From the human T2T-CHM13v2.0 reference genome, Homo sapiens: 64,000 nucleotides of DNA. The position numbers and the translations under genes are program-made. The number at the start of each line of letters is the position of its first letter. Position 1 is the first letter of the stretch. Below are positions 19,214 through 37,270 of this stretch, piece by piece. The stretch is from assembly GCF_009914755.1 (NCBI RefSeq), contig NC_060926.1. One strand, 5' to 3'. The notes beneath the pieces are model-generated. The model worked only from the letters and a program-made list of their open reading frames with translations. It had not been told where the DNA came from and searched no databases.

Positions 19214-20228
19214 TTTTGTGGTTTTATCTACCTTTGGTCTTTGATGAAGGTGACATACAGATGGGTTTTTGGTGTGGATGCCCTTTCTGTTTGTTAGTTT
19301 TCCTTCTAACAGTCAGGACCGTCAGCTGCAGGTCTGTTGGAGATTGCTGGAGGTCCACTCCAGACCCTGTTTTCCTGGGTATCAGCAGCGGTGGCTGCAG
19401 AACAACAGATATTGGTGAACCGCAAATGCTGCTGCCTGATCGTTCCTCTGGAAGTTTTGTCTCAGAGGAGTACCCTGCCATGTGAGGTGTCAGTCCGCCC
19501 CTACTGGGGGCTGCCTCCCAGTTAGGCTACTCGGGGGTCAGGGACCCACTTGAGGAGGCAGTCTGCCCATTCTCAGATCTCAAGTTGTGTGCTGGGAGAA
19601 CCACTACTCTCTTCAAAGCTGTCAGACAGGGACATTTAAGTCTGCAGTGGTTACTGCTGCCTTTTGTTTGTCTTAGCCCTGCCCTCAGAGGTGGAGCCTA
19701 CAGAGGCAGGCAGGCCTCCTTGAGCTGTGGTGGGCTCCACCGAGTTCGAGCTTCCCGGCCACTTTGTTTACCTACTGAAGCCTTGGCAATGGGGGGCACC
19801 CCTCCCCCAGCCTCGCTGCCACCTTGCAGTTTGATCTCAGACTGCTGTGCTAGCAATGAGCAAGGCTCAGTGGGCATATGACCCTCCGAGACAGGTGCGG
19901 GATATAATCTCCTAGTGTGCCGTTTGTGAAGCCCATTGGAAAAGCGCAGTATTAGGGTGGGAGTGACCCAATTTTCCAGGTGCCGTCTGTCACCCGTTCC
20001 TTTGACTAGGAAAGGGAATTCCCTGACCCCTTGCGCTTCACGGGTGAGGCGATGCCTCGCCCTGCTTTGGCTCATGCACCGTGCGCTGCACCCACTGTCC
20101 TGCACCCACTCTCCAGCACTACCCAGTGAGATGAACCCGGTACCTCAGTTGGAAATGCAGAAATCACCCGTCGTCTGCATCGCTCACGCTGGGAGCTGTA
20201 GACTGGAGCTGTTCCTATTCAGCCATCC
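19214..20228 (-). promoter_or_regulatory. L1 5'UTR: internal sense promoter (fires minus) and antisense promoter (fires plus)
   Basis: GC/CpG-richer L1PA 5'UTR. Promoter function is known for the family but is not demonstrated for this copy. Confidence 0.6.
19789..19881 (+). pseudogene. L1 ORF0, prematurely terminated (30 aa)
   Basis: MGGTPPPASLPPCSLISDCCASNEQGSVGI* versus ORF0 MAGAPPPASLPPCSLISDCCASNQRDSVGVGPSEP...; homology continues past the stop (EKRSIRVGVTQFSRC). Confidence 0.85.
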
Positions 20229-20462
20229 TAAAAATTCTTTTTTCTTTGTCTTTGTCAGATTGCATTAATTTGAAAGCCTTGTCTTCGATCTCTGAAGTTC
20301 TTTATTCTACTTGTTCAATTATATTGTTGTAAGTTTACAGTGTATTATATATTTCTCTAAGTGTTTCTTTTATTTCCAGAAGTTATGATTGTCTTTTCTT
20401 TACGATATCTATTTCTCTGGAGACTTTTTTGTCCATATCCTGTATTGTTTTTAAAATTTATT

Positions 20463-20758
<296 letters not shown>

Positions 20759-23114
20759 TTATGTAAGTTGGTTTTTACCTTTCTCTGATGCCTCCTTGAG
20801 TAGCTTAATAATTGACCTCTGAATTCTTTTTCTGGCACTTCAGATTTCTTCTTGGTTTTGATCCATTGCTGGTGAGCTAGTGTGATCTTTTGGGGATGTT
20901 AAAGAACCTTGCTTTGTCATATTACCAGAATTGTTTTTCTGGTTCCTTCTCATTTGGGTAGACCATGTCAGAGGAAAGATCTGGGGCTCAAGGGTTGCTG
21001 TTCAGATTCTTCTGTCTCAGAGGGTGATCCCCTGATGTGGTGCTCGCCCCCTTCCCCTAAAGATGGGCCTTCCTGAGAGCTGGACTGCAGTGATTGTTAT
21101 TGCTCTTATGGGTCTAGCCACCCCAGTAGAGCTACTGGCCTCTGGGCTGGTACTGGGAAGTGTCTGCAAAGAGTCCTGTGATGTGATCAGTCTTCAGGTC
21201 TCTCAGCTGTGCATACTATCACCAGCTCTGCTGAAGATAGTAGGGCAGTGAAATGGACTCTGTGAGGGTCCTTGGTTGTAGTTTTGTTTAGTGCACTGGT
21301 TTTCTTGAATGCTGGTTGTGCTAGCAGTGAATTTGTCACATGTACAGACTGAGGATCTCAGGTTAGCCAGGATGTTACAGGCAGTGGGATTACCTGTTGT
21401 TTCCTCCTTTTTTGGAGCACGGTTGTTCTGAGTCGCTGTAATGGCTTGAGTTGGCTGGCCTCCAGCCAGGAGGGGGTGCTTTCAAGAGAACATCAGCTGC
21501 AGCAGTATAGGGGGCATACAAGCTTGTCTAAAGTCCCTGGACAAGTATTCCACTTTCTCGGGCGATGGACAGGACTATATAGATTCTAAGAGATTATGTC
21601 TTTTGTCTTCTCTTACCAGGGAGGGTAGAGAAGACCATCAGGTCGCAGGGTTAGTTGTGTCTGAGCTCAGACTCTCCTTGGGCTGGGACTGCTGCATCCA
21701 CTGTGGGGGCTTGGAGTGTGGTTCTCAGGCTAATGGACTTATGTTCCTAGGGAGATTATGGTTGCCTCTGCTGTGTCATACAGGTCTCCAGGGAAGTGGG
21801 GGAAAGCCTGCAGTGACAGGCCTTATCCAGCTCCCAGGCAGCCAGCAAGGCCAGTCTCACTCCCACTGTGCTCCACGGAAAGCACTGAGTTTACATCCAG
21901 GCAGCTCTTGCCCCAGGCTACAAGCCTCCCCTGCTCTGCCTATAGCTTCTTCTGTGCTTGTATCTGCACTTCCCATTCTCCTTGAGCACCATCCCCCTCC
22001 CCAGGTTTTTGTCCAGGAAAATTTGCACTAGGTCGAAATTATTAGAGTTCAGCTGGAAGTTTCCTTCTCCTTGTGGCCCTTTCCCAGTTCCACTGGAAGC
22101 CCTCCCTATCGTCATTATTTACTATTTATCATTACCATTATTTGTTTTCTTTAAGAACTATCTGAAAAAGAGACCTTGATAATCTAATAACACCACTAAG
22201 GAGATAACAAACATACTTAAAATATACTTTGTCCTCCTAAGAAGTACTTCAAAAGGCAGACTAGCATAAATGTTTATATAGCACATAAATAATATATGCC
22301 AATACCATAATTCTGTAGCATAGCGTTGTACATATTAAAATTTATTAACAATATGACCTAATTTGCTGACATGACCTAATTTGAAGCCCTGTACTATCCT
22401 ATTGTCTGCCTAGAACAGTGTGTAAGTTATGAAGCAAAGAAAAGATTACAGCAGAGAAAGAAATCTTTTATCTTGAAGATCTATAAAATTAGGATGGATA
22501 GAGACCCATTTGTTTGGAAGGCTTTAGGCATAACTCTGTCTAGAGCAAAGGAAGAGGAAAGATGACTCAATACTCTCTAGGCCCAATGCTCTCTAACCAC
22601 AATTAGTGAACAGTGTTAAAAAAAAGAATAGAGAAAGTATTCACTTCCTCAGTTTGACAAGAACAAGATTTCATACTGCATACATTTATGTATTTATTAT
22701 GGAATTATAGCCTTTGAAAAACTAAACACCACAAATAATGAGGAATTCATTTTACTATAAGTAATAATTAAGTATATGCCCTTAAAATAGCATATCCTAT
22801 AAGTAGCTGCATATTTGCACCCATCTATTTACTTGAAAACTCATTATTCTCTTTAAATTTTTCCTTCTTATTCTTATGAAGATTTTAAAAAAACCATCAT
22901 CAGGTGGCTTTAAATTATCTTCAAATTCCTCAACATAATTTTTCAAATGATTCATTGAAAACAAAAGTATTTCTAAAATGATGCTACAGAGTACAAAGAA
23001 AATTTCTACTATCTAACAGCTTGCACCTTGTTGTGTTTGGCACAGATTATGCTTAATGGGGGTCTGGGCACAAAATATATCTCCTATTTTTTCACAATTT
23101 TAATGAATGGCAGA

Positions 23115-24466
<1,352 letters not shown>

Positions 24467-24993
24467 GGAAAACATTTAATCAAAGAAAAGAAGCACCAAC
24501 ACTGGTATACATACAATATAATAATCAAATTATAATCTATGCTATTTCAAGTTCATTTACAAACTGGTTTGGGAGAACTCTGAAACTCATTTTCTCACAG
24601 AATCAACATTAAATGTAGATGATAACTAGCTACCTCCTGAAAAGCCTATTTAATCTATAATGTAGGTAAACTGTATTATTCACAGTTACTATAGACTCTA
24701 CTAAATATCAGTAATATTTCTGGGGAAAATGTATTAAGAATTCCAATTTGGTCATAGCTTGAATTAATTATTTCTGGCTGTAGCTCAGGAATAGAAATAC
24801 ACAGTTCCAATTTCCATAGGTGGTTGAGGACAGAAGTTCTATTAGAGAGGGAATGAAAAATGACTAAAAACTCTAGGGAACTGGGGAGGCAAGGATTGGC
24901 CTTCTGCTGCCATTAATCTTTGGGAACATTACCTAATTTAGGGACAACTACTTTTCATCTCTTTTCTTTTCCTTCAAGAATCCTAGGAATTAG

Positions 24994-25344
<351 letters not shown>

Positions 25345-27490
25345 TAGGGTTTTTTAACCACAGACAAGAAACGATCTAAAAGGTTCTCATATATGTTCTT
25401 TTTCCTTAAGCAAGCATTCTGTATTCAGTATTATATACAAAGAAAGCTAAGTAAGCAAACAAGCAAAAAACAAGAGAGTTATTAACTCTAGGAAAAACAA
25501 CAGTCAAAGAAAAAAATTTAATTATAGCTCAACAGTGAGATGTTTAACAAAGTTATTATACTGTAAACAATGAACACTGATCTAACAAAAAATTATGATC
25601 AAACTGAAAATTAAGACATGGGAAAATGGAACAAGGAGAGTATATTGAAAATATTTTCTTCCAATCTATGTTTTGCATTTTCATTTTCCTAACAGTATTT
25701 TTCATACTACGTATATATATATTTTTTACCACCATGTGTTCAAGTTTTTAATCTCAATTTTTTCTTCAAAGTTTGTGCTTTTTGTATCCTGTCTAAAACA
25801 TTGTCCTACCCAAAAGTTGGGAATATTTTTACATATGTATGCTCCTAAGAATTTTATAATTTTAGCTCTCATATTTAATTCTATGACTCATTTCAAGTTA
25901 ATTTTTATGTGTGGTGTGAAATAATGTTCAAGACTTCTTTTTTTCCTTATGGATATCCAATTGTCTTAGTACCCGTTACTGAAAACTATAATTTCCCTAT
26001 TGAGTTACCTTGTCTCCTTTCTTAACAGATCAACTGACAATCTATGTGAGGTTCTATTTCTGGACTCTCTTTTTCTGATTCATTAATTAACTTCTTATTA
26101 AGTATTTATATAATGTAGTGTGACTCGTTCAAAATTGTTTTGGCTATAGTAAGTCCTTTGTATTGCCACATAAATTTTATATTTAGTGTGTTAATTTATG
26201 CAAAAAAGACTACAAGGATTTTGATTAACAGCATTGAATATAAAAATTTACAGAGAACTGGCATCTTAACAATATTGACTCTTCTGATTCATGAACATAA
26301 TCTATCTGTTGTTTATTTAAATTTGCTTTACTTATTCTAAACAATGCTTTGTAGTTTTCAGTACATATTTTTTGTTGACTTTATTCTAAATTAGTTCATG
26401 ATTTTGGATGCTATTTCAAATCGTATTTTTAAAATTTCAGTTTCCAATTTTTATTGCCAGTATACAGAACGAGAAACGATTTTTATATGTTGAACATGAA
26501 TTCTGGGACCTTGATAAAATCACTCTTCGATTTTCTATGTGGATAATCCTGCCTGTGAATATGGACAATTTTACTTACTGCTTTTTGATATGTACACCTT
26601 GTATTTCTTTTTCTAGCCTTAATGCACAGCTAAGACCAGAACCAGAACAATGTTAAAGGGAAGTGATGAGGAAAGGCTCTCTTGTCTTGTTCCTGATCTT
26701 AGAGGAAGAGCATCAGTCTTTCTGCATTAAGTATGATGTTAGATGTAAGTTTTCATAAATGCCTTTTATTGTGATAAAGAAGTTCCTTTCTATTCCTGAT
26801 TTGTTGACAGGTTTTGTCAGGAATGGATATTGAATTTTGTCAAATGCTTACATTGAAATAATCATATGGTTTTCAATTTTTATATTGTTCATGTGATGAT
26901 TTACAGTGATTAATTCAGTGTTAAACTTTGTATTGCTGGTATACTTTTTTACATACTGGTGGATTCAATTTGCTAATATTTTGTTAAGGACTTTCACATT
27001 CATTAAGAACACTGACCTATAGTTTTCTCATTATTTTGTTTGTCTGGTTTTGGTAACAGAGTAATCCTGAAGTTATAAAATTATTTGGGAGGTATTTCTC
27101 TTTCATTTCCTAAGAAATTTTTAGAATTGGTTTTACTTTTTATGTTAAATGTTCAATGGAATATAGCAGTGAAACCATTGAGGCCTCAAATTTTCATTAT
27201 GATTTTTATTATGAATTAAATTTTTCTAGTTGATACAGGGCTATTTAGGTTTTTAATTTCTTTTTGAGTCAGCTGTGATATTTATGGAATCTATATATTC
27301 ATATAAATTTTGTTGGCTTTCTTGACATAAAGTTGTTAATGATATTCTCTTATTATCTTTTTAATGCCTATAGGGTCTGTAGTGACAGTCTTTTTATTCT
27401 ATTTTACTGCTGACATGGGTAAATTACTTTCTTCTCTATTTTTGTTTTAAGTTTTACAAGTTTTATTCGTTCAAAACAATCAGTTTCAAG

Positions 27491-27775
27491 TTTCTTTTTT
27501 TTTGTTTTTTGAGATGGGGTCTCACTATGTCGCCCAGGCTGGAATGCAGTGGTGCGATCTCGGCTCACTGAAACCTCCACCTCCCCAGGTTCAAGCAATT
27601 CTCCTGGCTCAGCCTCCCAAGTAGCTGTGATTACAGGTGTGTGCCACCGTGCCCGGCTAATGTTTATATTTCTAGTAGAGACGGGGTTTCGCCATGTTTG
27701 CCAGGCCTCATATGATCCACCTGCCTTGGCCTCCCAAAGTGCTGGGATTACAGGCGTGAGCCACTGTGCCTGGCC
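27491..27775 (-). mobile_element. AluS with an internal deletion, no TSD
   Basis: gccaggcctcatatgatcc replaces tggtctcgaactcctgacc. Confidence 0.92.
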
Positions 27776-28675
27776 CCTTTTACTATTTGACATAAGGTTT
27801 GCTTTTTCTGATAAGTATAGCTATTCCTGCTCACTTTAGGTTTCTCTTTGTGTGGAACATCTTTTTCCATCTCTTTGCTTTCAGTCTATATGTATCTTTA
27901 CAGATGAAGTGAATTTCTTGTAGGCAGCATATAGTTGGGTGATGTTTTTTGTTTTAAAACAATCCATTCAGCCAGTCTGTATCTTTAAAGTGAATAATTC
28001 AATCCATTAACATTTAACGTTATGTTTTACATGTGAGGATTGCCATTTTGTTAATTGTTTTATCGTTGTTTTCTGTATCATTTGTTCCTTTCTTTCTCTC
28101 TTATTTTTTATCATTGTGGTTTGGTGGCTTTCTGTAGTAGTAACATTTGAGTCCTTTCTTTTCCTCATTTGTGTATCTGCTCTACCAATGAGTTTTGTAC
28201 TTTCATGTGTTTTCATGATGGTAGATACAATTATTTTTTTCCAGGTGTAGGGCTCCTTTAAGTTTTTCTTATAGGGCTGTTCTAGTGATGATAAATTCCT
28301 TCAGTTTTTCCTTGTCTGGGAAATATTTTATTTCTCCTTTACTTTTGAAGGATAGCTTTGTTGGGTATAGTATTTTTGGCTGAAAGCTTTTTTTTTCTTC
28401 CTTTCAGCAAATTGAATATATTATCCTAGTGTCTCCTTGCCTGTAAGGTTTCTTTTGAGAAATCTGCTTTTACTCTGTTGAACATTCCCTTATATGTGAT
28501 TTGATGTTTTTCTCTTGCTGCTTTTAGAATTCTCCCTTTGTCTTTGACTTCTGACAACAATGTGCCTTGCAGACCTTTTCAGGTTGTATCTATTTGATAA
28601 GTCTTTGAGCTTCCTGTATCTGGATGTCTACAGCTCTTGCTAGACTTGGGAAGTTTTAAACTATTACTTAATTAA

Positions 28676-29881
<1,206 letters not shown>

Positions 29882-31099
29882 AGATTTTTTATGATTACAT
29901 TTTATTTCCACTATTGGCTCATAACTGATACTGTGTTTTCTATTTCTAGCATTTCCATTTTACTGTTTTACAATTTTCATACTATTTCTAAAATTCTCCA
30001 TCTTTTCTTGCATGTTGTTTATCTTTTCTATTTGATGCTTTAACATATTATTCATAGCTATCTTAAAGCCCTTGTCTAATAGTTCTACAATCTGGGTCAT
30101 TTCTGCATCTGGCTTTATCAGTTGCTTTATGTCTTGGCAATGGTTGTTTTTTTAAATGTCTTTTTTGTTATTTTGCAATTTCTATTGAATGCTAGGAGTT
30201 ATGTGTAGAAGGATAGTACAGACTGAGGAAATGATAGTTACATCCAGAATTGAGCATGCTTCTTCCTTTGAGGTGATGATAGTATGGTGGGGGAGGGGAC
30301 TGAGTGAATGTAGTCAGCGCTGAGTTCTGTTTAGGTTCTCTTGTTACATTTACCTTTGGAGCACCATGAACCTCAAATTCCCCCAGCAATGGGATACTTC
30401 TAGCTTGTAATACTGTGTGTCAAGGGTTTTGCTAAGTGTTCCTGCCACATTCTCAGCTTTCAGTAGTCCTGCACGCCTGTAGGATAGTAGGTTGTCTCTC
30501 TTTCCCAGTGGTAGATTGATCTTGAAGGTTTCTCAGTGTTAAGTTCATAGTGGGGGTTGGGGGACCTTTTGAGTCTCCTGGTACCAACTCAGCATAAGAC
30601 AAATTTTTTGCTGCAGCTGAGCCTTGGGGGTGGGACTTTCTTGGTGTTCCTGTCCCCCACCACTAACAAAACTATGTCTTGTAACTGCAGGTGGTGCTAA
30701 AGGGGTCTCTGCCTCTACCCTGGCAGTAACAGATCTCTGTCTTATATCAGTGCAGGGTCCTGAGTCCAACAGGGTTTCCTGCCCACTCCCCAGGGGTAGG
30801 CAGCATTTGTCCCTATCCCATCACCAGAAGCAGTCCATCATGGACTAGGCTTTGAGGTTGGAGGAGGGGGTACTCTGCCTCTTCCACAATGGCTTAAGGC
30901 TTTTGTTTAGTGTAAGAAAGGGGTATTGAAAATAGGCAGAGTTTTGAACTTCTGCTCCACTAATGGATATGCTCTCAGGACTCCCAGCTAGCACCTGCTA
31001 GATGCCAGTGGAAATAAAGCCTGTGAGTGAGTATAAACTCCCCTGTGTCAGGACCACTTTTATTGTGATCTTTTTTCTTTCTTTTTTATTTAAATTTTG

Positions 31100-31281
31100 T
31101 TTCTGAAAAAAATTTGTTCTTTTTTGTTTGTTTTGTCTTTTCCTTTGTTTGTTTTTTATAGAATAGAGACGAGGTCTTCCTCTGTTACTCAGCCTGATCT
31201 CGAACTCCTAAGCTGAAGGGACTCTCCTACCTCGGCTTCCCAAAGTGCTGGGATTACAGATGTAAGCCACCATGCCTGAGT
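31100..31281 (-). mobile_element. FLAM/Alu left monomer
   Basis: Single left arm with T-rich tail. Confidence 0.85.
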
Positions 31282-31325
31282 GAACATTCATAAAAGCCTA
31301 ATTCCTTCACTTATAGTAGTGCTAG

Positions 31326-31796
<471 letters not shown>

Positions 31797-32423
31797 GCAA
31801 TAACATCATATTTAATGGTGAAAGACTAAATGCCTTCCCCCTAAGATTGGCTACAAGGTAAGGCTGTTCAGTCCTATCATTTCTATCCAAAATTGTACTA
31901 GTCTTCCTTCAACGTAATAGGCAAAACAAATAAATAAAAGGCATATATATTACAAGGAAGAAATAAAAATGTCTTTATGTGCAGACAAAATGATCCTATA
32001 TCTTCTAGAATTAACCAAAAATCCACAAGAACTAATAAAAGGAGTTCAGCAAGGTCACAGAATAAAAGGTTAATATAAGAAAATCGATAATAATTCTATA
32101 CTTAGCAAGGGAAACCTGGAAATTTACATTTTAAAAAATGCCATTTACAGGAGCATAAAAGGACACAAAATACCTATGGATAAATCTAACAAAATGTATT
32201 AAAAAAACTAGAGAACATTGTGGGGATAAATTAAAAGTGAACGATACTCTTTTCAGGGACCAGAAGACTAAATATTATTCAGAAGTAAATTCTTCCAAAT
32301 TAGTCAACAGATCCAACACAATTCCAACAAAATTGTATACACTTAAAATGCTGATTCTAAAATTCATACAGAAAAGCGAAGGACCTACAAAAGACAAAGC
32401 AATATTGAAAAGGAATACAGTAG

Positions 32424-32791
<368 letters not shown>

Positions 32792-33065
32792 TAGTATAAG
32801 GCTGATGAATAGACCAATGAATGAGAATAGAGTTCAGAAACAGACCTACACATACATTGCCAATTGGTTTTTGGTGAAGGTGCCAAGGAAATTTAAGGAG
32901 GGCAAAATAGTCTTCTGTGTTTTGATGAGTGTTGTAACAACTGAAAATCCATATGTAAAATGACAAACCAAAACAAAAATAAAAAAATCAGAACTGCTAC
33001 CTTTATTTTGTAGCATATAAAAGAATTATATGCTACAAAAATAATAGTTTATAGACCTACATCTA

Positions 33066-33385
33066 AGTCATCTATCACTTAGCTATGGGATATGTTCTCA
33101 GAAATGCATTGTTAAGGGAATGCTGTCATTGTGAGAACATCACAGAGTGTATTTACACAAACCTATATGTTATATGTATTTTTATTTATATATATATTTT
33201 TCATATGAAAAACCAAAGGACCTAGCATCATTACTGAATACCAATTATTTCTCCTACTTGATCTGCAATGCAATGTCAAGTGCCATTTATTATGTTTCTA
33301 TATATGCTCCATTATAATCTTATGAGACCAGTGTTGTATATGTGCTGCTTTGTTGACTGAAATTTGATTAAGTAGCACATGACTG
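33066..33385. mobile_element. Tigger3-family (MER7-type) non-autonomous DNA transposon
   Basis: Ends agtcat...atgactg (TIR CAGTCAT); internal gttctcagaaatgcattgtta and ccattataatcttatgagacca. Confidence 0.75.
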
Positions 33386-34118
33386 ATAACCTAAAGCTAT
33401 GGCATTTTTAGAAGAAAATATAAGAGGGTATCTTTGTGAACTTAGATTAGGCAAAAATTTCTTAGGACTCAAAATACAAAAAAAAAAAGGAAGAAAAAAA
33501 TTGATATACTAGATTGTTTCCAAATTTAAAACTTCTGTTCTCTGAAAGACAATGTTAATAAAATAGAAATCAAATCCATAGACTTGGAGGACATATTTGT
33601 AAAAGATATATATATTACAGAACTTGTTTCCAAAATAAAGAGTTCTTATTACCCCATATAAATATGGACTCAATATGAACAGATACTTCACAAAAGAAAA
33701 TGAATAGACAAAAGGCACCAAAAAACATGCTCAACACCATCAGTCATCGGGAAAAGAAAAATTAAAAGCACGATGAGATGCCACTACATACCGACAATAA
33801 CGGCTAAAATGAAAAAGATGGCAATACCTAGTGCTCACAAAGATATCAAATGGAACTCTCATACAATGTCAGTAGAAATGCAAAATAATATAGCTACTTT
33901 GAAAAACAATTTGGCAGTTTTTTTTATCAAGTTAAATCTATACTTTTATGACTCACCAGTTCTATTTCCAAGTATTTGCTCAAGGAAAATGAAAATATAT
34001 GACTACACAAAGGCCTGTACATGAATGATTATACCACTTTGACTTACAATAGTCTAAAACAGAAATATTCCAAATGTCCATTAATAGGTGAAAGAATAAA
34101 AAAAAAAAAAATTTTAGG

Positions 34119-34275
34119 GGCCAGATGAGGTAGCTCACACCTATAACCCCAGCGCTTTGGGAGGCTGAGGCAGAAGGATCCCTAGAGCCCAGGTGTTCGA
34201 AACTGCAGTGAGCTATGATTGTGGCACTGCACTTTAGCCTGGGTGACAGAGCAAGACTCTGTCTCTCAAAAAAAA
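34119..34275 (+). mobile_element. Alu monomer (FAM/FRAM)
   Basis: Single arm with A tail. Confidence 0.85.
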
Positions 34276-34624
34276 TTTTTTTAAAGTTTTGTTCCCATAC
34301 ATTGGAGGATGTAAGGAAAGCAATAAAAAGGAAAAGTAATAACATATACAACAACCTGAATCAATCTCAAAACCTTTATGCTAAGTGAAAGCAGCCAGAC
34401 ACAAGGCTACATGCTATTGTTCCATTTTTGTGACATTCTGGAAAGTGTAAAACTATAGTGACAGAAAGCATATCTGTGGTTGCCAAGGTATAGTGATGGG
34501 TGGAGGGGAAATGCTACAAAGGCACATGGGGGAACTTTTTGGCATGACAGGAATATCTCTATTTTCATGGTACTGATGTTTATCCAACTATACACATTTG
34601 TCAAGCCTCATCCAACCATACATT

Positions 34625-34878
34625 GTATTTATTTTTTTATTTTATTTTATTATTTTATTTTATTTTATTTTATTTTTATTTTATTTTATTTTATTTTATT
34701 TTATTTTTATTTTATTTTATTTTATTTTATTTGAGACAGAGTCTTGCTCTGTTGCCAAAGCTGGAGTGCGGTGGCACAATCATAGCTCACTGTAGCCCAG
34801 ATCTTCTGAGCTAAGCGATCCTCCCTCCTCAGCCTCCCAAGTAACTAGGATGACATGCACACTACCATGTCTGGACCA
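34625..34878 (-). repeat. (TTTTA)n tract of about 105 bp forming the tail of an AluJ right-arm monomer
   Basis: Pentamer repeat 34625-34731 followed by gagacagagtcttgctctg. Confidence 0.9.
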
Positions 34879-35194
34879 ACTATACATTTTAAAAGGATAA
34901 ATTTCACTTTATGTAAATATACCTCAACAATCCTCATCTTAAAAAAGTATGTTACAAAAAAAATCTCAGAATCAAGAGGGGTGACACTCGTCAGTATTTA
35001 CAGGTTCTACCATGGTGGTAAAAACAACTACCACAAATATATGATAAGTTTACTTGACAGTTACACTAATTTTACTAAATTCTAAAATCCTATATTTTTC
35101 ACTTTTAGACAAACAGAATGTGAGCAAAATTACCTCTGTAGGGTACTGAACATGGAATATCAAAGGAAGATGACTGACAAATAAAAAAAGATTA

Positions 35195-35676
<482 letters not shown>

Positions 35677-35717
35677 TTACTTTGAGTATGTCTGAATTTT
35701 TCCATAAAAAAGAGTTA

Positions 35718-35880
<163 letters not shown>

Positions 35881-36004
35881 AAAAAAGAGTTAAACAATAG
35901 CAAAGAAATTCTGCAATATATAAATAACTTGCTTAATTAAAAACAGTAAAAGACATTGAATAATTTGTATGAAGACAAATACATGATGGCCCAGCAAAGA
36001 GTAC

Positions 36005-36121
36005 CTTGGCAATAGCAGTTTGTTTAAACATGCGAGTTATCAACCCCATGACTGTCTCCATGGCACCTGAATTTGGAGTTCTCATTATTTTTTCCCACTC
36101 TTCAAAGCTGGTATTCAATTC
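36005..36121 (-). CDS. ZRANB3: ZRANB3 coding exon, 117 nt, phase 0-0 (probably exon 8)
   Basis: Acceptor ttttcccacatag|GAA at 36122/36121, donor GCCAAG|gtactc at 36005/36004. 39 codons ELNTSFEEWEKIMRTPNSGAMETVMGLITRMFKQTAIAK, in frame with the preceding exon. Confidence 0.95.
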
Positions 36122-36387
36122 CTATGTGGGAAAAAATAACACTGTTTATGAATATAGCATAACGAACAGAACAAATTAATGCAATCATGAATCATGTCCT
36201 ACTTTTTTTCCTTTTCTCTATAGAAAGATATAAAAAGAAAATCCCCAAAGATTCCAACATGTTCATTTAAAAACATCAATGCAGAGGTAGGTCAGTCACA
36301 TTTTCAAAATTATAGAAACCAATGATAAGCTGTGGGTGAAAACAAAGCCCTTTGCTAACAGCATAAATCAAACAATTATAATTTCTT

Positions 36388-36680
<293 letters not shown>

Positions 36681-37270
36681 TATAACTTCTTAAGAAGATA
36701 CATTCTGTAAAATGAACATAAGAAACATAAGAAAGCAGAGTAGTAAAAATGTATAAAGCAGCTAAGTACTTTTGTAAAAAGATGTGGTTTGATTTAAATA
36801 AAGATGGGGAATATTAAATAAAATTAATATGAAGTACAAATATAATCATATGTTGATTCCATTTTATTTTTCTTTCTAATACTAATAGATAAGAAAATCA
36901 GATTGTTCTTATTTTAGAAGTAACATATTGCTCAATGTTTACAAAATGCTTATAAGCTTTCAAGATAACAATGAAAAACTCTGTTAATAAAGTCATTTTC
37001 AGATTTGCAGAAATTTCAGAGAATATATAAGCACTGCAGTCTCCAAAAGTAAACATGGATGAGGATTAGGTAAGGATTAGTAAACTGGTTTTCTGATATA
37101 CTGAATTTCACGTCTTACAACATGGTCACAGAGTTTTAGAATTTCAAGAATAGGGCTGCATGAAGTTTTTCTAGAAGAGAGTTATTCATACTTTAAAAAG
37201 AAATTCTAGAGCAAGGAACACAATTTCCCTTGCTAATTATTGGGTTTCACACCTTCTATTTAGAATTCTT

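Noticed and set aside
34480-34814. Hydrophobic F/I/L/Y-rich ORFs, and the CV-repeat ORFs at 11250 and 40605
   Set aside because: Translations of (TTTTA)n and (TG)n microsatellites.
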